From NCBI GenBank assembly GCA_013178155.1, contig JABLXH010000018.1:2702-66701 (forward strand): a stretch of DNA of 64,000 bases, written 5' to 3'. Below are positions 29,816-38,307 of the stretch, piece after piece. Origin of the DNA: Armatimonadota bacterium (GTDB lineage: Bacteria > Armatimonadota > Zipacnadia > Zipacnadales > UBA11051). Below the pieces are notes generated by a model, which made no database searches, was not told the DNA's origin, and was given only the letters and a program-made list of their open reading frames with translations. Made by a program: the position numbers and the translations under genes. Each line of letters opens with the position of its first letter. Within the stretch, counting starts at the first letter, position 1.

Positions 29816-31101
29816 CCGCGACTGCCTTCCCCTGCAGTTCCGAAGGCAGCCATGGCGGCCTGCAGAGCGACTGCCGGCTCCTCCCGGCCACTGAGAGCCA
29901 ACCAGATGGCGTGCTCGATCACTGCAGCAGCCGTGTCACCCTCGGTCAGTGGCCAGCCCTGTGCCGTCTCCAGGTCCGCCAGGAACGGAGCCAGGTTCGC
30001 AAACTGCCGCGCCTCTCGCACGTGGTCAGTGCAGACCGGCAGGCCCCCCATCATCCAGAGCGCTCGTTGGGCCCTCGGGCTGGCAACAAAGCGCAAGAAC
30101 GCCCCGCACTCCCGCGGCTTGCTGGTACTGGCCAGGGCCACCACCAAATCACAGGATATCTGGTTGCCCGGGGCTTTGTCACCTGGAGCGGCCGTGATAC
30201 CGACAGCTAGCTGCGGGCGGTTGCGCTTCAGCCATCCCCCAAACCCTTGCCCGGCTAGCACCATCGCCACGCGACCATCGGCAAAAGCGCGTTCCATATC
30301 GGCTGCGCTCCAGCTCAGCGCCTCGGGTGGCGTGGCCCCGGCCCGGGCCAGCTCCACCCAGTACGCCAGAGCCTTGGCCGCCACTTCCGACCCCAACTGC
30401 AGCGCGCCCTCGGCGTCAACCGCCTCGCCGCCAAAGGCATGCAGCAGGGCCAGATAAGTGCTGACGCCGTCTCCGCCGGGGAGTGCCGGCAGACCCAGCC
30501 CATAGACCCCAGGAGGATGGGAGAGCTTCGTCGCCACCGCCGTTAGCTCCCCCAGGGTCTTCGGTGGCTTCAGCCCCGCTGCCTGCAGCAGATCATGTCG
30601 GTAATAGAGCGCCTGAGCGTCCAATCGCCAGGGCAAGCCCAGAAGCTTGCCGCCGACCCGACAGCGCTCGACCACCGAGGGGGTCAGACCGGCCAGGTCT
30701 TGAGCACTCAACACGTCGTCGAGGGGCAGCAGCGAGGAGGCGTAGTCAGGCAGCCACACATCGCGCACGATCGTCAGATCGGGCGCGTACTGCTTCAGAC
30801 TGCCCGACCAGTAACGCATCCGCGGCCGAGCCTGAGGCCACCGGTCGTACATCAGGTCCAGCCGAACGCCTCGCTGGTTCTCCGCAAAGGCCTCCACAAT
30901 GTCCCTGGATCCGCTCGGCAGCCGCTCGCCCGGCTCGGCCCACGCCACCATACGTAGGACAACGGGCTCTGCAACCGCTGGTTCCGCGCTGGCCGAAAGG
31001 GTCAGTGGCGCGCTGCAGACGAGCAGCAGGGCGAACAAAGCAACGAGGGCCGCACGACGGCGGCCCCCGGTATGCTCCACGCTCACTACCAGGAAAGCCA
31101 T
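29812..31101 (-). CDS. ABC transporter sugar-binding protein (extracellular solute-binding family 1)
   Basis: GKLLGLPW, LYYRHDLLQAAGLKPPKT, FADGRVAM. Confidence 0.8.
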   Translation of the reverse strand: MAFLVVSVEHTGGRRRAALVALFALLLVCSAPLTLSASAEPAVAEPVVLRMVAWAEPGERLPSGSRDIVEAFAENQRGVRLDLMYDRWPQARPRMRYWSGSLKQYAPDLTIVRDVWLPDYASSLLPLDDVLSAQDLAGLTPSVVERCRVGGKLLGLPWRLDAQALYYRHDLLQAAGLKPPKTLGELTAVATKLSHPPGVYGLGLPALPGGDGVSTYLALLHAFGGEAVDAEGALQLGSEVAAKALAYWVELARAGATPPEALSWSAADMERAFADGRVAMVLAGQGFGGWLKRNRPQLAVGITAAPGDKAPGNQISCDLVVALASTSKPRECGAFLRFVASPRAQRALWMMGGLPVCTDHVREARQFANLAPFLADLETAQGWPLTEGDTAAAVIEHAIWLALSGREEPAVALQAAMAAFGTAGEGSRG

Positions 31102-31111
31102 GACGGCTCGC

Positions 31112-32731
31112 TTAGCTGACCTCGGTGACCTTGATCGTGACCGTGCCCTTGGCCTCGATCTTGGCTGGCATAGTGGACCCACCACCCATGCCTCCGGCTC
31201 CACCCGGCATCATCCCGGGCATGCCGCCACCGGGGCCGCCACCCGGCATCATCCCCGGCATGCCGCCACCGGGGCCGCCACCCGGCATCATCCCCGGCAT
31301 GCCGCCACCGGGGCCGCCACCCGGCATCATCCCGGGCATACCGCCACCGGGTCCGCCACCGGGCATCATCCCCGGCATGCCGCCACCAGGACCGCCGGGC
31401 ATCATCCCCGGCATGCCGCCACCAGGACCACCGGGCATCATCCCCGGCATGCCACCACCAGGGCCGCCACCCGGCATCATCCCGGGCATACCGCCGCCGG
31501 GGCCGCCGCCGGGCATCATCCCCGGCATGCCGCCACCAGGACCACCGGGCATCATCCCCGGCACCTCCGGCACACCTGGCATCCCTGGCATCCCTGGTTC
31601 CATCCCCGGCATCCCCGCCTCCATGCCTGACATGCCCATGCTCATGCTCATGCCACCGGTGGCCTGGGCCATATAGGCCTCATACTCGTGGTTGATCTCA
31701 TCCTCGATCCCCACGAATCGGCCTGCCTCGTAGGCGAAATAGGAGTACCGGGTACCCTCGTAGTCAGTAACCACTCGCCAGGAGCTTCCCTGACCGGGGA
31801 CCAGTAGGTCCACGTCCTTCGCCTCGAACTTGCTCACGATGCGAGCCGTCTTGATGCCGGAGTACCACTGGAAGCCGTCAAGCTTGTGCTGGGCCCGGAC
31901 ATGGTGTCGCTTGTCGTCGGCGGGGTCCAGCAGCAGCCACAGGTCACTGCTCCAGGTGTCACCCACCCGCAGCGGGCGGTCCGGCAACTCCAGAGTGAGC
32001 GAACCCAACTCCAGCAGCGGGTCGCCGGTGCGCTTGACCTCAACCCGACCCTCGGCCGTCAGTACCTGGATGAAGCTCTTCCCGACCCCGCTGACATTCT
32101 TGGGCTTCTCCCGCCCCCACCGCGTCCAACCCTCCACGAGGCGCTTCCGCAGCAGGGCCGGTCCGCCCGAACTGGTCGTGAGACTTGTATCTACGTAGAG
32201 GGCCTCCAGGACGCCCGTGAACTGGTCTACCAGGGGCTGCAGGAAGGGGTTTGGTTCCTTGAGGGAGACGACCCGCGACCCCTCGACGTCATACTTGTAC
32301 TCGTGGCCGCGAGTGTAGTTGACCTTTAGCCTCACCGAACTGGGAGCCTCACCTGGCCCCAGATTGTTGGCCACGGTCACCTGGATCGAGGTCTCACCGA
32401 TGGCTGCTCCCGCGGGAGACTGGGCAACGGCCCGGATGGTGTACATGCCATCGGGGAACAGACGTTTGTCCTGGTCCCGCGCCGTCGTGTCCCACACCCA
32501 TATGTAAGGCTTGATGACCGCCGCGACAAACTCGTCCTTCTGCCCTGGACCCTCGAGCTTGAAAGACATCCACCCGCTCTCCGGGTCCGGCTTCACCCCC
32601 TGGATCTTGACCAGTCCGCGCACCGTCGAGCCCGAGGCGGGGGAGGTGATGCTGACCTCCTGCGCCAGCACCAGGGTGGCGTGGCCCAGGAGAGTCATGA
32701 CTAACAGCACGATCCAGGGGTGTCTACTCAT
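31112..32731 (-). CDS. Secreted protein with N-terminal Ig-like domain and Met/Gly/Pro-rich repeat
   Basis: Signal peptide; VSITSPASGSTVRG...WDT...DGMYTIRAVA Ig-like motif; ten PGMMPGG units near the C-terminus. Confidence 0.75.
   Translation of the reverse strand: MSRHPWIVLLVMTLLGHATLVLAQEVSITSPASGSTVRGLVKIQGVKPDPESGWMSFKLEGPGQKDEFVAAVIKPYIWVWDTTARDQDKRLFPDGMYTIRAVAQSPAGAAIGETSIQVTVANNLGPGEAPSSVRLKVNYTRGHEYKYDVEGSRVVSLKEPNPFLQPLVDQFTGVLEALYVDTSLTTSSGGPALLRKRLVEGWTRWGREKPKNVSGVGKSFIQVLTAEGRVEVKRTGDPLLELGSLTLELPDRPLRVGDTWSSDLWLLLDPADDKRHHVRAQHKLDGFQWYSGIKTARIVSKFEAKDVDLLVPGQGSSWRVVTDYEGTRYSYFAYEAGRFVGIEDEINHEYEAYMAQATGGMSMSMGMSGMEAGMPGMEPGMPGMPGVPEVPGMMPGGPGGGMPGMMPGGGPGGGMPGMMPGGGPGGGMPGMMPGGPGGGMPGMMPGGPGGGMPGMMPGGGPGGGMPGMMPGGGPGGGMPGMMPGGGPGGGMPGMMPGGGPGGGMPGMMPGGAGGMGGGSTMPAKIEAKGTVTIKVTEVS
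31201..31563 (-). repeat. Coding tandem repeat of 36/39-bp units encoding (G)PGGGMPGMMPGG
   Basis: Ten GGCATCATCCC cores on the + strand, with synonymous variation between units. Confidence 0.9.
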
Positions 32732-32867
32732 GTCTCGCGGACCCCTTTCGGAGGTAACCCGTCTGCCATGTCACTGCGCTGCTGGCCCAGATGCAACACC
32801 AATAAACACCGGCCGGCACTGCCAGTTCCCCTGGATCGTCCCCCACTCAGCGCTGGCAAGGCCGTCG

Positions 32868-33404
32868 TCATTGTCCCCCGTCAGCCCCTGCGTCCTGCTC
32901 TGTGCCCAGACGCGCGCTGACTGCCGCCCGCATCGGCGGCGCCAGACAGGCCCAGGTACTGGCCAGCGACTGCGGCACGACCCGCGTGCCGGCCGTGACA
33001 GCCATGAAGTTGGTGTCGCCCGACCACCGGGGCACCACGTGTAGGTGCACGTGGTCCCTGATCCCTGCCCCCGCCGCCTTACCGATGTTCATGCCCAGGT
33101 TGGCAGCTTCGGCGTGCAGAACCTCCTGCAGCACCGCTACCGCCACTTGGGCCAGCACAAACATCTCAGCCAAGACCTCAGCCGCCAGGGATGTGAAATC
33201 CCTCTCGTGGGCATACGGCACGATCATCAGGTGCCCACTGTTGTAAGGAAAGGCGTTCAGGATGACGTAGTTGTAACGTCCGCGGGCCAATATCCCGTTC
33301 GCCTGGTCGCATTCCTCGCCCGGCTTCGTGCAGAATATGCAGCCATCTTGTGCGTCGGCCGTGACCACATATTCCATCCGCCAAGGTGCCCAAAGATGAT
33401 CCAA
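32868..33404 (-). CDS. HIT family hydrolase (Ap4A phosphorylase-like)
   Basis: LWAPWRMEY, CIFC, NAFPYNSGHL, HVHLHVVPRWSGD. Confidence 0.9.
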   Translation of the reverse strand: MDHLWAPWRMEYVVTADAQDGCIFCTKPGEECDQANGILARGRYNYVILNAFPYNSGHLMIVPYAHERDFTSLAAEVLAEMFVLAQVAVAVLQEVLHAEAANLGMNIGKAAGAGIRDHVHLHVVPRWSGDTNFMAVTAGTRVVPQSLASTWACLAPPMRAAVSARLGTEQDAGADGGQ

Positions 33405-33443
33405 TATCCCCGGCTCCTGCCTGACCGCCCGGCCGCTCTCGTC

Positions 33444-33689
33444 CTACTTGTTCATCTGAAACCAGACCATGGCATTGAGGGCGCAGGCCACGATCCAGAC
33501 GATCGCTGACACCTTGGTCAGGCGGTCCAGCATCTCCTCCTTGCTGCCCTTGCGGAAGCGCCCGCTGTCCCCGCCGCCCATGGCCGCCGAGAAGCTCTCG
33601 GCCTTGTTGGTCTGAAGGGTCACCGCCGTGATCAGGCCGATGCCACTCAACAGGGCGATCCCCATCAGTATCTTGTGCAGAAGATCCAT
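33444..33689 (-). CDS. secG: Preprotein translocase subunit SecG
   Basis: Two TM helices flanking a VTLQxxKxxS...GGG loop and LDRLTKV; 81 aa; GGAGGT RBS. Confidence 0.8.
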   Translation of the reverse strand: MDLLHKILMGIALLSGIGLITAVTLQTNKAESFSAAMGGGDSGRFRKGSKEEMLDRLTKVSAIVWIVACALNAMVWFQMNK

Positions 33690-34000
33690 GCCTACCTCCC
33701 TGCAGACGCCACGCCCCGTGGCGACCACAGACCACAACGCCGGGCAGGAGATACCCACTCCTACCTTATCACAACGGCACCCAAATGGCCCCGTCGCAAC
33801 CGTTGCTTACCGGATTGTGCCAGGCAAAGCCCGACCTGTCAGGATTGTACAGCACCTCCCGCGCGGCGTCAAGACAACCGGGCACCAGGCCTGGGGAGGT
33901 GCCCCTGCGGGCACCGCCGAACCATCCGCTACCGCCTTGTCCCACGGTCGGAGAACACTCCTCCCGCTTGCAGGCAACCCAGACCCAGCGGAGCCACGAG

Positions 34001-36343
34001 ATGAGCCTCACGCCCAGATGTGCCATCCTCCCACTCGCGCTGCTTGTCACCAGCGGAGTCTGGGCGCGGGACCCTTTGCACTGGGGCTTTGAACAGCCCG
34101 ATCAGGACTGGGTGGCCTCTCCCCTTGACCCTCAGACCCAGAAGGTGGCTCGCGACCCCGGCCGCTGTACCGAGGGCAAAGCCTCGCTGGCGATCGTCGG
34201 CAAACTGCCCGGAAGCTTCGGTGTCACCTACTACCCCTGGCACGACTGGACTGGCTTCACGCAGCTCAGCTTCGATCTCTACGTACCGAAAGACATCCCG
34301 CGGGACTTCGACCTGTGGGTCTACCTCAAGGACAAGCAGTACTACTGGTACCAGACCGCGCCCTTCCGCTCCCCTCAGACTGGCAAGCCCACCGGCAGTC
34401 TCCGCCCCGGACAGTGGCACACCGTCAAGCTCGATGTGTCCTCGCACTCCACCATCTGGAAACCGGGTGGCCACCGCCGCGCGTGGGAACGCACTCTCTA
34501 CTACCCCCGCGAATTCGGCATCCGTGTCTTCTCCAGGAGCCACTGGAGCGGCGTGATCTACCTGGACAACGTCAACCTGACCGGCAACGCCCAGCCCCTC
34601 GGGCGCTTCGACCCCGGGATGCTCAGACCGGTCGCCGCTCCGCTGACCCTCAGACCCAGCGCCCAGACCGTGCCGGTGTACGGCAAGTTCGAGTTGAGCT
34701 TCAACCTGGACCGCGAGTACGAGAACCCCTTCGACCCTCGGGTGGTGGACGTCACCGGCGTCTTCACCGCCCCCGACGGCACCTCCGTCACCATCCCGGG
34801 TTTCCTGTACCAGGACTATGAGCGCAGCCTGACCAAGGACCAGTGGGAACAGCTCATCCCTGTCGGCCACACCTTCTGGAAAGTCCGCTTCGCCCCCACC
34901 ATGCCCGGCACGCACCGCTACCACGTGGTGGTCAAGGACGCCACCGGCATCCAGCGCTCGGCCGAATCGACCTTCACCGCCATTGCTCCCACTGACCCCC
35001 GTGGCTACGTGCGCGTGAGCAGAGACGACCCCAGGTATTTCGAGTTCGATAACGGGGAGTTCTTCTTCCCGACAGGGATCAACATGCGAGACGGTGGGGA
35101 TCAAGCAGAGCAGCAGAAGGGCACCTATGAGTTTGACTACTTCTTCCGGCGCTTCGAGGAACAGGGCCTGAACTTCGTGCGCACCTGGATGTGCGCGTGG
35201 TGGGCCGGCATCGAGTGGAGTGACAAGTACCACTCCCGCTTCGACGGCGTGGGTCGCTACAACCTCTACAACGCCTGGCGACTGGACTACGCCCTCGACT
35301 TGGCCGAGAAACACAATCTCCTGGTCGAGCTAACCCTCAGCAGCCACGGTCAGTTCCGCCGTGACAAGTTCGACGCCGAGTGGCAGTACAATCCCTACTC
35401 CGTCCGCAACGGCGGAATGATCGCCTCCCCGGCCATGTTCTTCACCAGCCCCACGGCAAAGGAACTGGTCCGGCAGCGGCTGCGCTATATCGTCGCCCGC
35501 TGGGGCTACAGCCGCAATCTCATGTCCTGGGATCTGGTCAACGAAGTCGATCTGACCGAGGGGTACGACCGTGAGCAGGTTGCCCAGTGGCACCGCGAGA
35601 TGGCTGCCTACCTGAAGTCCATAGATCCCTGGAAGCACCTCGTCTGCACCCACATCTGCCTCTACTGGTCCTATGGCGACGAGCTCTGGCAGCTCCCCGA
35701 AATCGAGTACATCCAGGCCGATGCCTACTGGAAACGGCGCGACATCGGCATGAACGAGTGCTGGGAGGCCAAGAAGCAGTACCGCAAACCGTTCCTCTTC
35801 ATCGAGTACGGGCCGCAGACCGCCTCCCTGCCCATCCCCTACGAAGCCTGGCAGCAGGACTTCCGCGTCGGCATGTGGGTCTCCAACCTCATGCCCGCCG
35901 CCGCCCCGGCTCAGTTCTGGTACAACCGCGAATGGGAAGAACACAAGCTGTGGCGCTACCAATCGGGCCTTATCGCCTTCAACCGGGGTGAAGACCGCAG
36001 GGGCAAGAACCTCAAGTCGCTCTCCGCCACCTGCCGCGCTGCCAACGGCATCCCCCTCGACGTCCAGGCCATGGGCAACGGCACCTCCGGAGCCTTCTAT
36101 GTCTACAGCTTCGACAACCTCGCCGTCCCGGATCCAAACAACGTTCCCGCCGAACGTGTCATTCCCTCGGCAACTGTCGCCCTGCCGGGCTTCCGAAACG
36201 GCACCTACACGCTGGAATACTGGGACACCATCGCCGGCCAGGTAGTCGCCACCAGGTCGTGTCAGGTCACCAATGGCCTCATCCTGGCCGAGACTCCGGC
36301 CTTCGCCGCCGACCTGGCCTGCAAGATCAGGCCCGCCGACTGA
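34001..36343 (+). CDS. Secreted DUF5060 + GH5-like TIM-barrel glycoside hydrolase with N-terminal CBM11-like domain
   Basis: YENPFDP...WKVRFAP (DUF5060); RYIVARWG, WDLVNEVD acid/base, FLFIEYG nucleophile. Confidence 0.8.
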   Translation: MSLTPRCAILPLALLVTSGVWARDPLHWGFEQPDQDWVASPLDPQTQKVARDPGRCTEGKASLAIVGKLPGSFGVTYYPWHDWTGFTQLSFDLYVPKDIPRDFDLWVYLKDKQYYWYQTAPFRSPQTGKPTGSLRPGQWHTVKLDVSSHSTIWKPGGHRRAWERTLYYPREFGIRVFSRSHWSGVIYLDNVNLTGNAQPLGRFDPGMLRPVAAPLTLRPSAQTVPVYGKFELSFNLDREYENPFDPRVVDVTGVFTAPDGTSVTIPGFLYQDYERSLTKDQWEQLIPVGHTFWKVRFAPTMPGTHRYHVVVKDATGIQRSAESTFTAIAPTDPRGYVRVSRDDPRYFEFDNGEFFFPTGINMRDGGDQAEQQKGTYEFDYFFRRFEEQGLNFVRTWMCAWWAGIEWSDKYHSRFDGVGRYNLYNAWRLDYALDLAEKHNLLVELTLSSHGQFRRDKFDAEWQYNPYSVRNGGMIASPAMFFTSPTAKELVRQRLRYIVARWGYSRNLMSWDLVNEVDLTEGYDREQVAQWHREMAAYLKSIDPWKHLVCTHICLYWSYGDELWQLPEIEYIQADAYWKRRDIGMNECWEAKKQYRKPFLFIEYGPQTASLPIPYEAWQQDFRVGMWVSNLMPAAAPAQFWYNREWEEHKLWRYQSGLIAFNRGEDRRGKNLKSLSATCRAANGIPLDVQAMGNGTSGAFYVYSFDNLAVPDPNNVPAERVIPSATVALPGFRNGTYTLEYWDTIAGQVVATRSCQVTNGLILAETPAFAADLACKIRPAD

Positions 36344-36362
36344 GTGTCTGCGGACGCCTCGG

Positions 36363-36875
36363 TCACGTCTCGCCCCGAGCCAAGAGCTCCTTCAAAGTCT
36401 TGATGAGTTCATCCACAAATCGCGCGGTCTTTGCCAGGTGCTTGGCCCTCAGTCGCTCCGCTCGCGCAACCTCCGCCGGCAAAGTGGCCTTCCCGGTCAG
36501 CAGAACCACTGGCAGGTCCGCCCACAGTGGATTGCTGCGGATGCTCTCCAGCACCTGCCAGCCGTCGACCCCGCCCTCCATCACAATGTCCAGCACCACG
36601 CAGTCGGGTCGCTTCCCTTCCGCCGTGTACTGACAGAGCGTTTCCAGCGCCTCCTGCCCGTTGGCCGTCTCCGCACACGAGATGCCCTCATCCATCAGCG
36701 CGTAGGCGACAACACGGCGCAACTCCAGGTCATCCTCGACGATAAGCACCCTCGGCGCTGCCGCAACCTCGTTTCCCTGCAGAGTCCAGCCTTTGCTGCT
36801 GGCCGCCAGTGCCCTGTGTCGCCACCGAAGCGACCTGGCTTGCCCGGCATCAGGGCCAAGCGGTACACAGGCCAT
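36363..36875 (-). CDS. Single-domain response regulator (REC)
   Basis: VLIVEDD, PDCVVLDIVM, DGWQVL, PVVLLTG; start uncertain. Confidence 0.8.
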   Translation of the reverse strand: MACVPLGPDAGQARSLRWRHRALAASSKGWTLQGNEVAAAPRVLIVEDDLELRRVVAYALMDEGISCAETANGQEALETLCQYTAEGKRPDCVVLDIVMEGGVDGWQVLESIRSNPLWADLPVVLLTGKATLPAEVARAERLRAKHLAKTARFVDELIKTLKELLARGET

Positions 36876-36911
36876 TTCACCGCCCGATGACGTCAGACCT
36901 CTCTTCGGCCA

Positions 36912-36957
36912 AACGTATACCGCCCCGGGGTGTGGACGCACCGGGGCGGCTTACGTT
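36912..36957 (-). terminator. Stem-loop after holin; possible end of the phage-like operon
   Basis: CCGCCCCGG (36920-28) / CCGGGGCGG (36941-49), extended by AACGTA/TACGTT; 7 nt past the holin stop. Confidence 0.5.
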
Positions 36958-36963
36958 GCCAGT

Positions 36964-37251
36964 TCAGCTCCCGTGAAGCCTGTAGACAGCCGCCTCAAGC
37001 TCCTCGCGGCTCACCTGATGCAGCCCCTTCTGTTTCAGCCTTTCCCTCACGAACCGGCGCTTCGCCTCACCTTTGCCTGGGCCGTACAACTGCTCTGCCG
37101 CCTCAACCAGCGTCATCAGTAGCGCTCGCATCCGCTCATCCCTCAGCCGTGCGACCCACTCACGCACCATCCCCGTCAGCGCCAGCGCCAACACTCCCAC
37201 CAGTCCCGGCACCACAGCATCTCCTATCCAACCTGCAACCAACTCCCGCAT
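36964..37251 (-). CDS. Phage holin, LL-H-like family
   Basis: One N-terminal TM helix then LVEAAEQLYGPGKGEAKRRFV...EAAVYRL pattern; last gene of the cluster. Confidence 0.7.
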   Translation of the reverse strand: MRELVAGWIGDAVVPGLVGVLALALTGMVREWVARLRDERMRALLMTLVEAAEQLYGPGKGEAKRRFVRERLKQKGLHQVSREELEAAVYRLHGS

Positions 37252-37335
37252 CCTGGTCCGTCCTCCCTCGCCAGACTTGCTACTGCCATGCCCTGCACCA
37301 ACCGCTGGCCTCACGATGGCCCGGGCTTCGGCGCC

Positions 37336-38037
37336 TCAAGCCACAAACCCGCTGCGCGTCCACGAATACTCGAAGTCTTGCGCGGTCTGCGCCTGGTTAG
37401 TCGCCACCACCACGAAGCCATCGGCGCGGTATGTCTCCCACACCTCAACAACGAAGTCCGGAGCCGCTACCTCCACCTCGATCGCCCCCGGCACCACGAA
37501 GACCGTGTCATGGCTGATTGGCACCGTCACCGATCCCCCTGGAGGCACCGCCTCACTCAGGCCACTGCCCGAGGCCCTGCCGATGTGCAGCCGCCGACAG
37601 TCCCGGTCCACTCCCCCGGCCCAATCATCCACTGCCGTGACCGCGCCACTTCCGTCCAGCGTCATCGTGCCCAGTAAGAGCGACCCCGCTGGCCTTGTCG
37701 GACTCAGCGCGGCGAAGAAGCGCACCGTCCCTTTCGGCGCCGAATCGCTGTCCGTCCCCGCAAACACATAGTTCACTGCTCCCGGTGTCAAGTTCGCCAC
37801 GCTCTGTGCTCCCGTCGTGGCACACCAGCACGCCCCCACCAGGCCTTCCCCTGCCGTCACCGTACCGTCCAGCGCCAGAGACCAGCCTTCGTATACGCCG
37901 GCGGCCATCATCCGCTTGAGGAACCAGCCCAGCACCCGATCTACCGTGTCTGCCACACGATTGTGGTGCTGTGGCTCGATGAGATCATCGGCCAGTACAC
38001 CGGTCGCCAGGCCGTAGTTCGCCGAAACGCCTGCCAT
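37336..38037 (-). CDS. Putative minor tail / fibre-base structural protein
   Basis: Position at the end of the tail module; beta-rich, Gly/Val/Thr-rich (VYEGWSL..TVTAGEGLV). Confidence 0.5.
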   Translation of the reverse strand: MAGVSANYGLATGVLADDLIEPQHHNRVADTVDRVLGWFLKRMMAAGVYEGWSLALDGTVTAGEGLVGACWCATTGAQSVANLTPGAVNYVFAGTDSDSAPKGTVRFFAALSPTRPAGSLLLGTMTLDGSGAVTAVDDWAGGVDRDCRRLHIGRASGSGLSEAVPPGGSVTVPISHDTVFVVPGAIEVEVAAPDFVVEVWETYRADGFVVVATNQAQTAQDFEYSWTRSGFVA

Positions 38038-38082
38038 CCGCTCTACAGCTCCCTTCCTTGCCGCCTCTCTGCGGCCCCTCGC

Positions 38083-38295
38083 TCACCACCCCGCCGCCAC
38101 GTAACTCACCTTTCCGTAACGGCCCCGGCTGTAACGTCCTCCCTCCAGACCGCCCGGCCGCCCACTAAGAAACACATAGCGGTTTCCCACGTCCAGGGTG
38201 CGATCCGGCAGCCGTCCCGCGACCGTCGCCCCGCCGCGCTGCGCGGGTCGCACCCGCTGGTCCACCACTTCCTTTACCAGAGCCGCCAATCTCAT
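38083..38295 (-). CDS. Small hypothetical protein (possible OB-fold tail-tip component)
   Basis: 70-aa ORF with GAGG RBS, directly after the hub-like gene. Confidence 0.45.
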   Translation of the reverse strand: MRLAALVKEVVDQRVRPAQRGGATVAGRLPDRTLDVGNRYVFLSGRPGGLEGGRYSRGRYGKVSYVAAGW

Positions 38296-38307
38296 CTCCG
38301 AACCTCC

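Noticed and set aside
30899-31676. His/Arg-rich and Pro-rich repeat ORFs on the + strand
   Set aside because: Antisense shadows of the MPG repeat in the minus-strand gene, which has a signal peptide and folded domains.
33929-35314. Long antisense ORFs (e.g. 461 aa here, 27741-28931, 38851-40068)
   Set aside because: Typical high-GC shadow frames opposite well-supported genes, with no motifs of their own.
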